A DNA stretch of 64,000 nt from Alphaproteobacteria bacterium (GCA_965243135.1 OZ251539.1:5056001-5120000), one strand, 5' to 3'. Counted from the stretch's first letter, positions 9,100 through 18,682 are shown. Notes: generated by a model from the sequence alone, not told the origin. Numbers and translations are program-made.

Positions 9100-10244
9100 T
9101 GCTCCGTTCCCCCGCTAGGCACACTCGTTCGCTTGTCTTCCAAACGCTTGAGCGTTATCTCTAATTTTGTACTCGCCTCTGAAAGTTCTTCCATTATCTT
9201 CATGTATTCGCGTTCCAGACGTTCGACATCGTCCTTCGCAGCCCGGCCGATTCCTTGTAGACGTTTCAATTTCGACTCGATCTCCCGCCTTTCACTTTCG
9301 AGGCGCGCAACCTCTTCGCGAACCGCTCGTAACTCTCCTTTGGCATCGTCCAACTCACGCTCAGTTATGTCGAGATCCGCCCTTGCACGCTGGTTTTGTT
9401 TCACAAGACGTTCCCGTTTCAATTCCAGACGTTTGACGTCACCTGCTTTAGTTTGCGCTTCCTGTTCTGCGTTCTGTATTCGAGTTCGCAATTCTTTCTC
9501 GCGCACCGACAGATCGTTGACGCGCGCATTCCGCGTGTTCTCCTCTGTCTTGAGGTCTTCCACCGACCTCAAGAGGCGTTCTTTCCGTTCGTCTAGCACC
9601 TTCGCATCGTCAATCGTCTTGCGCGCTGTTTCGGCCCGTATTCTCAGGTCTTCTTCCTCTTGCCGCAGCGACGGTAAAACTTCTTCAAATCTCCGTTTTT
9701 CCGAATTGAGATCTTCAATTTGTCCTCTAACACGTTTTTGCTCCAATTTTAGACGTATGACGTCATCTGCTCTGGTTTGCGCTTCCTGTTCTGCGTTCTG
9801 TACTTGAGTTTGTATTTCTCGTTCGCGCGCTATTAGGTCGTTGATACGCGCATTCCGCGTGTTCTCCTCTGTCTTGAGGTCTTCCACCGACCTCAAGAGG
9901 CGTTCTTTCCGTTCGTCTAGCACCTTCGCATCGTCAATCGTCTTGAGCGCTGTTTCGGCCCGTATTCTCAGGTCTTCTTCCTCTTGCCGCAGCAATGGTA
10001 AAACTTCTTCAAGTTTTCCCCTATCTGATTTCAGCCCTTCTACCTGGGTCAGCAGCTCGCTGCGCTGAACCTCAAGCGCATCAATCGCAGCACGCTGCCG
10101 GGCAGCGTCGATACTCTCGCTTACGACAATGGTTGCGGGGATGCCCACGAGCAGCAATCCCAATGCGGCACCCAATCCAACCCTGACTCGGACTTTCTTC
10201 ATGTCCTGGCTGACGTGCTTGAATATGTCTGCGTCACTCATCAA
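9096..10244 (-). CDS. Membrane-anchored long coiled-coil protein with internal 108-aa duplication
   Basis: VGLGAALGLLLVGIPATIVV hydrophobic segment followed by E/R/K/L heptads; stop overlaps the next start (ATGA). Confidence 0.8.
   Translation of the reverse strand: MMSDADIFKHVSQDMKKVRVRVGLGAALGLLLVGIPATIVVSESIDAARQRAAIDALEVQRSELLTQVEGLKSDRGKLEEVLPLLRQEEEDLRIRAETALKTIDDAKVLDERKERLLRSVEDLKTEENTRNARINDLIAREREIQTQVQNAEQEAQTRADDVIRLKLEQKRVRGQIEDLNSEKRRFEEVLPSLRQEEEDLRIRAETARKTIDDAKVLDERKERLLRSVEDLKTEENTRNARVNDLSVREKELRTRIQNAEQEAQTKAGDVKRLELKRERLVKQNQRARADLDITERELDDAKGELRAVREEVARLESERREIESKLKRLQGIGRAAKDDVERLEREYMKIMEELSEASTKLEITLKRLEDKRTSVPSGGTEQ
9410..10012. repeat. Two-copy in-frame tandem duplication, 324-nt period
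   Basis: ~9520-9688 is nearly identical to ~9844-10012 (EEVLP.LRQEEEDLRIRAETA.KTIDDAKVLDERKERLLRSVEDLKTEENTRNAR); looser similarity extends beyond. Confidence 0.9.
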
Positions 10245-11037
10245 GTGCCTCCTTGATTTTCATTATGCATCCTGCGGGATCCTTTCGAATTTCGTGATCC
10301 CAGAATCGCAGCGTCTTCCATCCGGCGGCTGCCAAGCAATCGTCACGCCAGCTATCCCGATCTACCCGCTTACCTTCTTCGTCCGTGTGCCATATTTTCC
10401 CATCGGCTTCAACGCAGAGCTGGCGTTCTCCCTTCGTCAGTGCGAAATCTATCCGGTAACGTCCGACCTGCATCTGCCGTTCAGCGTGGAGGCCGGCTTG
10501 TTCCATGGCTTCGCTGAGCTCGTCCTCCAGTCCAGATTCCGTGACCGGTCCGCTCCTTCCTTTGAGAGCGTCCAAGAAAGCGCGGCTTCGCCAATCCGCC
10601 GGCTTCTGGAAGAGGCTCGGGTTTCCAACGCAAATGAGAGCATGGGTTGTAGCCCGCCTCGCGTCCCACATCCGTTTGGCGAACTCGCGAGGATCCGTGA
10701 TTACATCAGGAAGGGCTATATACCGAACGCCGACAACATTTCGCGCCATCGCCGTCCCGACAGTTCCGATATATCCGGCCCACTCCCGTCGGCGCTTCTC
10801 GCGCTCGCTATCGTGTTCTTCCCGATCTACGAAGTAGAGTAGTGGTTTACGCACCCACGGAACTACCTCCTCTGCCGTCCATGCCTCGTTTTGCCGCCAG
10901 CGCCCAGTCGGGCCATAGCGCACCGGGCCTTGGCCAGTTGCCGGCTCCAGTCCTTCATACCACGGCCTCTGCGGCGCCTGCCGCTGACGTCTACGCCGGA
11001 GTTCACTCGTCCTTATTCCAAGCGGCGTGAGTTTCAT
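10234..11037 (-). CDS. DUF559/Vsr-like PD-(D/E)xK endonuclease with a degenerate helicase-like N-terminal part
   Basis: ESGLE...QMQVGRYRIDFAL...VEADGKIWH...RDDCLAAAGWKTLRFW; ATG at 11037 chosen because the longer ORF overlaps the neighbouring gene. Confidence 0.8.
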   Translation of the reverse strand: MKLTPLGIRTSELRRRRQRQAPQRPWYEGLEPATGQGPVRYGPTGRWRQNEAWTAEEVVPWVRKPLLYFVDREEHDSEREKRRREWAGYIGTVGTAMARNVVGVRYIALPDVITDPREFAKRMWDARRATTHALICVGNPSLFQKPADWRSRAFLDALKGRSGPVTESGLEDELSEAMEQAGLHAERQMQVGRYRIDFALTKGERQLCVEADGKIWHTDEEGKRVDRDSWRDDCLAAAGWKTLRFWDHEIRKDPAGCIMKIKEALDE

Positions 11038-11059
11038 TTGATTGCTGAATTCAAGCGCG

Positions 11060-11446
11060 TCAGGCTTGACGGCCGCCCTTGGCGAGCCAGTCGAGTCTGA
11101 GGTCGAGCCTGTCGCCGAGCCACAACGGATACCAGGCATGATCCTTCCATGCGTCCCCCGCTTCGGGGTGAACGAGAATCACGAGCCCGTCGCGATTGAA
11201 CATTAACCAGGGAACGATCTCGGAAAACAGATCCTGATCGAACTCGATCTGGTACATGTCCACCGGATGCGGACCGACGGGCCGGTCGCGAAAACGTCCC
11301 ATGCGCACCCGTTCCGGCCACTTGCTCCATACCTTTTCCCGAAGCCGCGCCGCCTTCTCCCGCAAGGCGTCGTCGTCCCCGTAATAGACATGCGCATGGT
11401 AGCCCCGAATTTTCGTCTCGTCGCCATTTTCGAACCGTTCCGTCAT
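11060..11446 (-). CDS. DOPA 4,5-dioxygenase family protein
   Basis: GYHAHVYY, RPVGPHP, LVHP...DH..PLWLG motifs. Confidence 0.88.
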   Translation of the reverse strand: MTERFENGDETKIRGYHAHVYYGDDDALREKAARLREKVWSKWPERVRMGRFRDRPVGPHPVDMYQIEFDQDLFSEIVPWLMFNRDGLVILVHPEAGDAWKDHAWYPLWLGDRLDLRLDWLAKGGRQA

Positions 11447-11510
11447 CTTCGCGTTCCCCGCCGTCGTTCGCGGATGGACAGGCCGGCGGCTCCCATGCCT
11501 GACCGCTTCC

Positions 11511-12932
11511 CTACAGGACGCGCTCGTCCCGCACCCTTTTCGCCTTGAACTCGGTCTTTGGCAACGTGCCCGGCGCAAGCACCTCGACGCCGGCCCGCAC
11601 CTCGCAACGCGCCCGGATTTCTCCCGCAACGGCTTCGGCGACGGTCTCGCCTTCGTTCCCGTGCTCGACCCGAACCGTCATTACGTGCAGTCCGTCGGCG
11701 CCGGTCGTCAGCAGAATCTCGAACTCGTCGCCGATGCCGTCGACGGCGCGCACCGCCTGCTCCACCTGGCTCGGAAAGAACTTGATCCCGCGCAGGTTGA
11801 TCAGGTCGTCGGCGCGTCCGGTGAACGAACCCATCGCGCGCACGTGGTTGCGCCCGCAGTCGCAGGTCGCGGTGTTGAAGACCGTATAGTCGCCCACCAG
11901 AAACCTGAGCTGCGGCGAGCTTTCCGAATTCAGCGAGGTGCAGACCGTCAACCCGCGCTCGCCTTCGGGAACGACCTCTCCGGTATCCGGATCGACCAAC
12001 TCCCAGATCTGGATGTCCTCGGTCAGATGCGTAAAGACCTGTTCGCCTGCGGTCGAGTAGGGACAGGTGAATCCTCCGGCGTGGGGCGAGACTTCCGTGC
12101 AGCCGTAGAACTCGGCGGTGCGGCAACCCCATAGCTCCTCGATCCGTCGGCGCGTACGATCGATGCCCATCGCCGGTTCGCCGCCCGTGAACAGCGCATG
12201 AACCGAGCTTGCAGCCGGATCCAGCCCGGCTTCCTGCATGACGCGCCCGAGGTAAAGCGCGTAGGAAGGCGTACAGGCGATAACCGTAGGCTTGAAACGG
12301 TCGATGACGTTGGCCCGCGCCCGAGCGTCCATCCCGCCGCCCGGGATGACGGCGATTCCGAGCCGGTCGGCGGCGACCGTCACGCCCCAGATCCATACGT
12401 GCGGCCCGAATCCGACCATCGGGAACAGCACCTCGCCCGGCCGGATGTCCATGGACCACATCGCGCGCGCGTTCGCCCACTCCCAGTATTCCCGGTCCAG
12501 ATGCGTGTAGCGGAATACGCGAGGCGCGCCGGTGGATCCCGAAGAAGAGAACAACATCCAGCCCCGGTTTGCCCAATCCTCGTCGTCGATGGCGCAATAG
12601 GTGCCGTAGGGCGGATTGGCGGCCGCGTCCTCCATCATCTCCGATTTGCGGATTACCGGCCATTTCGAGAGATCTTCCACCGATGCGATATCGGTCGGCG
12701 CAAGGCCGAGCCGATCGAACCGCGCCCGGTAGAAGGCGCTGTTCTCGTAGAGATACGGCGTGACCGCCGCGAGTTTCTCGTTCTGAATGGCGGTAAGTTC
12801 GTCGCGCGACGCCGCGTCGAGCGACGGCGACCAGTATCGCTCGTTCGCCGGCGCGTCGAAATCGCGCCGGTATTTTGCCAGAGTCTCAAGCCACTCCTTG
12901 CGCGTCCGAACCTTGCGATCGTTTCCCGCCAT
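11511..12932 (-). CDS. Phenylacetate--CoA ligase family protein (PaaK-like)
   Basis: SSSGSTG P-loop, YGCTE, GRADDLINLRG, LPKTEFKAKR. Confidence 0.85.
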   Translation of the reverse strand: MAGNDRKVRTRKEWLETLAKYRRDFDAPANERYWSPSLDAASRDELTAIQNEKLAAVTPYLYENSAFYRARFDRLGLAPTDIASVEDLSKWPVIRKSEMMEDAAANPPYGTYCAIDDEDWANRGWMLFSSSGSTGAPRVFRYTHLDREYWEWANARAMWSMDIRPGEVLFPMVGFGPHVWIWGVTVAADRLGIAVIPGGGMDARARANVIDRFKPTVIACTPSYALYLGRVMQEAGLDPAASSVHALFTGGEPAMGIDRTRRRIEELWGCRTAEFYGCTEVSPHAGGFTCPYSTAGEQVFTHLTEDIQIWELVDPDTGEVVPEGERGLTVCTSLNSESSPQLRFLVGDYTVFNTATCDCGRNHVRAMGSFTGRADDLINLRGIKFFPSQVEQAVRAVDGIGDEFEILLTTGADGLHVMTVRVEHGNEGETVAEAVAGEIRARCEVRAGVEVLAPGTLPKTEFKAKRVRDERVL

Positions 12933-13117
12933 GGATGCTTCCCCTTGCTTCGCGTTCGGGATCTCCTCCCGCGCATGCGCCCGATATTCCGGGGATCCGC
13001 GCATCGGCACAACCCCCCTCGCGTCGAGCGCGGGCTGCCGGCCGCCCGAAGCGGGATGCGCAACCCCGCATATTCGGTTAGGTTAACCCGAACGAAAACC
13101 GGAAACGGAGTTCGCGG

Positions 13118-14224
13118 ATGCCCGGCGGCCCGCCATTTCATGCCGAACATATCGGGAGCCTGCTGCGGCCGAAATGGCTCATCGACGCCTTCCGCGAGCG
13201 CAAGGCCGGCAAGATCGGCGACGGGGACTTCGAACGGATCCGCGAGGACGCGATTCGCGACGCGGTCCGACTGCAGGAAGGCGCGGGGCTGCAGGTCGTG
13301 ACCGACGGCGAGTTTCGCCGCACCACCTACATCTCGCATTTCGTCGAGTCGTGCGACGGCCTGGATTTCCGCCCTTCCTCGTTCAGGTTCTACGATTCGG
13401 AGGGCGGAGACCACGAATTCCTGGCGCCTCGCTGCGTCGGCAAGGTCAGGCGGACGCGCGCCCTCTCGGCGGAAGAATTCGGATTTCTGGAAACGGTCAC
13501 CGACCGGACGATCAAATATACCTACCCGTCGCCCGCGACCATGCACTTTCTCGGCGGCGCGCCCGACCCGGATCCGGAGTTTTACGTCACCGAGGACGAG
13601 CTCTTCGCCGACATCGCGGCCGCCTACGATGCCGATATATCCGACCTCGCAAGCCGGGGAGCGCGTTACGTTACCCTGGACGACGTGCCGTTCCCGATGC
13701 TTTGCGACCCCGCCATCCGGGCGCGGGTGGAAAGAAGCGGCAAGGACCCCGAGCGGTTGATCGACCGGTACATCGACCTCACCAATGCGAGTTTCGCGAG
13801 CGCGCCGAAGGATATGACGGTCGGATTTCACATGTGCCGCGGCAACCTGAAGGGGACATGGCTTTCGGAAGGCAGCTACCAGGCGGTGTCGGAAAAGCTG
13901 TTCGGCCGCCTGAAGGTGGACGCGTTCTTTCTCGAATACGACACCGAACGGGCGGGCGGCTTCGAACCGCTTGCCGCCTTGCCCGAGGACAAGATGGCCG
14001 TTCTCGGCCTCGTCAGTTCGAAAGTTCCCGAACTGGAATCGAAGGATGCGCTCAAGTCGCGCATCCGCCAGGCCGCCGAGTACGTCGATCTCGACCGGCT
14101 CGCGCTGAGCCCCCAATGCGGATTTTCTTCGGCCGTGGTCGGCAATCCCGTGACGGTCGAGGATCAGATCGCCAAGCTCGGGCTCGTCGTCGAGACGGCG
14201 GCCGAAACGTGGGGCGAGGGGTAG
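13118..14224 (+). CDS. Cobalamin-independent methionine synthase II family protein (core MetE-like)
   Basis: HIGSLLRP, VVTDGEFRR, HMCRGN, LEYD, LSPQCGFSS zinc-ligand motifs. Confidence 0.88.
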   Translation: MPGGPPFHAEHIGSLLRPKWLIDAFRERKAGKIGDGDFERIREDAIRDAVRLQEGAGLQVVTDGEFRRTTYISHFVESCDGLDFRPSSFRFYDSEGGDHEFLAPRCVGKVRRTRALSAEEFGFLETVTDRTIKYTYPSPATMHFLGGAPDPDPEFYVTEDELFADIAAAYDADISDLASRGARYVTLDDVPFPMLCDPAIRARVERSGKDPERLIDRYIDLTNASFASAPKDMTVGFHMCRGNLKGTWLSEGSYQAVSEKLFGRLKVDAFFLEYDTERAGGFEPLAALPEDKMAVLGLVSSKVPELESKDALKSRIRQAAEYVDLDRLALSPQCGFSSAVVGNPVTVEDQIAKLGLVVETAAETWGEG

Positions 14225-14595
14225 GAGACGCCCGAAGGCGATGGAATCGACCGGTCTCGATTCGGCCGATGGGTGGACGCCTGCGGATTTTCGTCCTTCT
14301 CTCGCTTCCCGTCCCGCTCGGGACGCGGTTCGCCGAACGGAACCGTTCGGCGTTCCGCCGCCAGTCGGAGCGTTTCGAGCGGAAGCGGCGTCGCATTTGT
14401 CCCGACGACCGGACATGTGCTTGAAAAGTCTGCAAACGCGTCGCAAAGACACCCGCTCGGAGAAAGCGGCGACCGTAGACCTACAGGAGGCGGTCAGCTT
14501 GCGGCGCAGCGGTCTCGGCGACGAGGGTATAAAATGCTCTGGACGGCGAAACGCAGGCTCTCCGTGCCTCGGACGCTCGTGAGGAAGGCACCGGA

Positions 14596-16179
14596 ATGGC
14601 GCAAGGACGACCAGCGCACACGGACCCGGACAACGGCGGCTCCGCGACCGAGGCTCAGCTTTGGAAAATGTCCGACGCGCTGCGCGGCCCCATGGATGCC
14701 GCCGAATACAAGCATGTCGTTCTCGGTTTGATTTTTCTGAGGTGCATTTCCGCTGCCTTCGAAGAAATTCGCGCACGCTTGAAAAACGAACGAGCGCAGG
14801 GAACGGATCCGGAAGACCCGGACGAATATCGCGCAGAGAACGTATTCCGGGTTCCCGAGGAGGCCCGCTGGACCCACCTGCAGTCGCAAGCGCGACAACC
14901 CGACATCGGACAAATTGTCGACGCCGCCATGGCAAGCGTCGAACGCGATAACCCGGGGCTCAGGGACGCGTTGCCCAAGGGCTACGCCAGACCTGCGCTC
15001 GACAGGCAGCGCTTGGGGCAACTCATCGATCTTGTCGGGACGATAAGGGCAGGAAACGAAGAGGCGCGTTCCGAAGACGCGCTCGGTCGCGTCTACGAGT
15101 ATTTTCTCTCGCGCTTCGCGAGCGCAGAAGGAAAGAAAGGCGGAGAGTTCTACACTCCCCGGTGCGTCGTCAAGCTACTGGTCGAGATGCTGGAACCGCA
15201 TCAAGGCCGTGTGTACGATCCTTGCTGCGGATCGTCGGGCATGTTCGTGCGGTCGATTGAATTCATGCGCGCGCGCGCCGTCGACAACAGGGCAACGCCT
15301 TCGGCCGGAACCGACATCTCAATCTATGGTCAGGAGCTGGATCATGCGACATGGCGCCTGGCCCTGATGAACCTCGCCATCCGCGGCATTGCCGGGCGGA
15401 TCGAACGCGGCGACAGCTTTCACGATGATCGGCACCCCGACCTGAAAGCGGATTTCATCATTGCCGCTCCCCCGTTCAACGTCTCGGACTGGGGCGGCGA
15501 GCGCCTTGCGGACGACCGGAGATGGCGATACGGCGTGCCGCCTGGGGGGAATGCCAACTTCGCTTGGGTTCAGCATATAGTTCACCATCTGGCGCCCGGC
15601 GGAGCGGCGGGTTTCGTGCTCGCCAACGGCTCGATGTCCTCAAGTCAGGCGGCGGAGAGCCTGATCCGCAAAAACCTGATCGAGGCGGATATCGTGGACT
15701 GCATGGTCGCGTTGCCCGGCCAGCTATTCTACTCGACGCGGATTCCCGTATGCTTATGGTTTCTGCGGCGCGGACGAGGCGACGATGGGCGCGGTAGCCG
15801 AACGAGGCGAATCCTGTTCATCGACGCTCGCAAGCTCGGCCGCATGGTAAATGGCGCGAACTTCACCCGCCGCGAGTTGACGGACGAGGACATCGCCCGC
15901 ATCGCCGACACCTACCATGATTGGGCCAAAGCCTCGTCGACGGACTACGCCGACGTGCCCGGGTTCTGCAAAAGCGCGGATTTGAGCGAAGTGCGCGAGC
16001 GCGATTATTCGCTCGCGCCCGGACATTACGTCGATACGGACCCTGAAGAGCGAGACGGAGATCCTTTTGACGGCAAGATGAAACGATTGGTGGTTCAGCT
16101 CCGTGAACAACGGGCCGAGGCCAAGAAGCTGGATGCAATCATCGAGGGCAACCTGAAAGCCATGGGGTTCCGCCTCTGA
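14596..16179 (+). CDS. hsdM: Type I R-M methyltransferase subunit with altered catalytic motif (APPF)
   Basis: [42 protein letters not shown]; motif IV reads IIAAPPFN. Confidence 0.9.
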   Translation: MAQGRPAHTDPDNGGSATEAQLWKMSDALRGPMDAAEYKHVVLGLIFLRCISAAFEEIRARLKNERAQGTDPEDPDEYRAENVFRVPEEARWTHLQSQARQPDIGQIVDAAMASVERDNPGLRDALPKGYARPALDRQRLGQLIDLVGTIRAGNEEARSEDALGRVYEYFLSRFASAEGKKGGEFYTPRCVVKLLVEMLEPHQGRVYDPCCGSSGMFVRSIEFMRARAVDNRATPSAGTDISIYGQELDHATWRLALMNLAIRGIAGRIERGDSFHDDRHPDLKADFIIAAPPFNVSDWGGERLADDRRWRYGVPPGGNANFAWVQHIVHHLAPGGAAGFVLANGSMSSSQAAESLIRKNLIEADIVDCMVALPGQLFYSTRIPVCLWFLRRGRGDDGRGSRTRRILFIDARKLGRMVNGANFTRRELTDEDIARIADTYHDWAKASSTDYADVPGFCKSADLSEVRERDYSLAPGHYVDTDPEERDGDPFDGKMKRLVVQLREQRAEAKKLDAIIEGNLKAMGFRL

Positions 16180-16825
16180 AGAATTCCCGACGAATTTTCA
16201 GAGGTATGGAACGGCGAAATGCGTGTATGGAAGATTTGAGATAACGCTTGGGCATCGGCGAGAACGTCATGATAATTTTTGGACGATCGACGCCGGCATG
16301 CCGAAAACCCTCCAAGAAGCCGTCGCCGAATCCGGCGTCCGCCGTTTCGGAAAGGAGGCGACGGGAATGGCGGAAGTCGTCGCCTTCGCTTCGCATGCGG
16401 GTGCGCGGGACCGGCCAACGTTCCGTCGGGACCGCATTGCCGACGCCCCGACAGACATGCCGCCGACATGTCGTCGCTCAACCGTCAAGGCAGTGCGGCG
16501 TCCCGGATTTCCTCTTCGCGCCGGCCGCGATGACCGTCGTTGATCGCAACTCTCTGCGCGCGCCCCGCGACCATGAACGCCGGGGACTGTGCAGCCGGCG
16601 TTGCGCAAACCGACGCCGGCCGGTCAAGGGATGGCGCAGGGTCGAGACCTACGACGTAAATCGTTTCCGCGACTTGACCTCAGACATGTTTTTGCCCTAT
16701 TTTGCTGTCTTGTGCACGGAGTAAGGCGGCGTCGGTTCGGCAAAGGACGGAATTTTCTTGGGCTCGCCCATCAAGAGTCAGGAACCGTCCGGCTGAAAAT
16801 GCGAATCTCAGGGAACTCTTCGAAA

Positions 16826-17254
16826 ATGAACCTCGATTACTCGTCTCTCGAAAAAGCCGTATCCCAGTTAAGGAAGAGTTTCGAATACGTCCATTCGGAC
16901 CTAGCCAGGAATGATTCCGATCTGCGAGATCAATTCCGCGGCGCCACCGTTCAAGCGTTCGAGTGTAGTTACGAATTGGCGATCAAGATGATCCGGCGCC
17001 AGCTCGCGGGAATCGTCGCCAATCCCGATGAGCTGCGCGCATCGGATTTCGCCGACGTGATGCGGCAGGCGGCGGACGCGAAGATTATCCGGGACGCTCC
17101 GTCCTTCATGCGCTATCGCGAGCTGCGAAACCTGACTTCCCATACTTACAATGCCGATCAGGCCGAAGCGACGGTCGCCGCCGTGAATGATTTCCTGTCC
17201 GATATGGCTTTCCTTCTGGAGAATCTGGAGAAAAGAAATCGTGAGGCCTGTTGA
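16826..17254 (+). CDS. HEPN-domain toxin (HI0074-like nucleotidyltransferase substrate-binding family)
   Basis: QAFECSYEL and intact RNLTSHTY (R-X4-H-X-Y); ATG at 16826. Confidence 0.88.
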   Translation: MNLDYSSLEKAVSQLRKSFEYVHSDLARNDSDLRDQFRGATVQAFECSYELAIKMIRRQLAGIVANPDELRASDFADVMRQAADAKIIRDAPSFMRYRELRNLTSHTYNADQAEATVAAVNDFLSDMAFLLENLEKRNREAC

Positions 17255-18338
17255 TATCGCCCCTGGAGATCTTGAAACGGTTCAACTCATTCTTCGCAAA
17301 CATGTGCCGGATTTCGAGGTGCGGGCATTTGGATCGCGCGTTTCCTGGACCGCTCGCGATACTTCGGATCTGGATCTGGCGATAATTTCCGACGAACCGT
17401 TGGAAATTGCGGCTTTGGCCGAAATAAGGGAAGATTTTATACAATCGAACCTCCCGTTTCCTGTAGATGTCGTGGATTGGTCCACCGCGTCCGACGGTTT
17501 CCGGAAAATCATTGAAAGCGATTCCGAAATTCTTCGCCCGGGCTGCAATGACAAAACCTTTATTGCAGAAACGTGCGCTTCTCTTAAGCGCAAGCTGGTA
17601 TTGAACCTACGGATGAACGGAACGCTCGAAGCGATATTGCGCACGGCGTTCAGCGACTGGTTTGTCGATTACGGCCCGGTCCGCGCAAAATCAAACGGCG
17701 AGTCGGCATATCTTCCCGCGCGGCTCTGGTCGCTTTTCCCGGATCGCTTTGAGGACTCTGAAATCGGAGAGGCGCCGGAGGAATGGCGGCTGAAGTCTAT
17801 AGCGACCGTTGCCGATTGCATTGACGGCATCGTCGATTCAAGCGAAGTCGACGAAGGTCTCCCGTATATTGGGCTTGAACATATGCCTCGCGATTCGATG
17901 TTTATCTCGGAATGGAAAAGCGCGGGAGAAGCGACAGGAACGAGATTGAAATGCAATGCCGGAGATTTTCTTTTTGGAAACCGGGAACCCGGTTTTCGTA
18001 ACTTTGGAATAGTTCTAGTCGATGGAACTTGTTCGGCGGATTTAGCAATTGTCGCGCCAAAAACGAATTATTTTGATGGAATGATGTCATCCCTCTTTTT
18101 GGCTCACAAATTGATCGAATTTACAGACGGAGAAGTCGCGATGGCGAAGGATTTGCGTGCAAATTGGGAATCGTTCTCTCGACGAGAAATTGCTGTCCCT
18201 ACGTCGTCTTTGATGGCCGAATTCGGCAAATTTGCGCAGCCAATACTAGACCTGATCGTTGCGAACGTTAGGGAATGCCATTTGTTGAATGAAGTTCTCC
18301 GCACGAGGACTTTTGAAATGCGAAGCGCCCTTTCTTGA
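17241..18338 (+). CDS. MNT nucleotidyltransferase antitoxin fused to a half HsdS (single TRD)
   Basis: GTG start overlapping the HEPN gene; AFGSR...SDLDL...VDVVDW MNT motifs, then HsdS conserved region LNLRMNGTLEAI...WFVDYGPV...LFPDRFEDSEIGEAPEEW and TRD-like PYIGLEHMP...GDFLFG. Confidence 0.82.
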   Translation: MRPVDIAPGDLETVQLILRKHVPDFEVRAFGSRVSWTARDTSDLDLAIISDEPLEIAALAEIREDFIQSNLPFPVDVVDWSTASDGFRKIIESDSEILRPGCNDKTFIAETCASLKRKLVLNLRMNGTLEAILRTAFSDWFVDYGPVRAKSNGESAYLPARLWSLFPDRFEDSEIGEAPEEWRLKSIATVADCIDGIVDSSEVDEGLPYIGLEHMPRDSMFISEWKSAGEATGTRLKCNAGDFLFGNREPGFRNFGIVLVDGTCSADLAIVAPKTNYFDGMMSSLFLAHKLIEFTDGEVAMAKDLRANWESFSRREIAVPTSSLMAEFGKFAQPILDLIVANVRECHLLNEVLRTRTFEMRSALS

Positions 18339-18682
18339 TTCCGCTTGGAGCGGCGTATTTTTTGCGTATCGGCGAGAGCCAAGTCGGCGTGCCCGCCGAC
18401 TCTGAAAGCCCGGCGCGCCTCTGCGGCAAACGGCGGGCGCGGAGTCTCCCAACTCACCGACCGCCGCCGGCCGTCCGCCTGCGCCCGCCTACGAGTTTGA
18501 CACGCCGGCCGGGTTCGGGAAATCTCTTCGTGAACTCGTCACGGCTTCCCGTCACGAATATGCCTGTCAGTGCGCCTTGGCGCGGGCGTCGAGAACGCGG
18601 CCGTTCAGCGCGCGACTGCGCTGGGGCCGGTCCCGAAGCGCGGCGGAGACCGCGAGCCTGCCGCGTTGCGCCGCGGCGAATC

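Noticed and set aside
9410-10012. Repeat pair as a DGR template/variable repeat
   Set aside because: Both copies are in frame in one gene, the differences are not adenine-specific, and no reverse transcriptase is present in the window
11038-11139. N-terminal extension of the Vsr-like ORF given in the ORF track
   Set aside because: It overlaps the 3' end of the DOPA dioxygenase gene and has host-like GC; ATG 11037 is more plausible
14225-14595. Intergenic region near the MetE-like gene checked for a riboswitch or IS end
   Set aside because: No cobalamin or SAM riboswitch consensus and no terminal inverted repeats recognised
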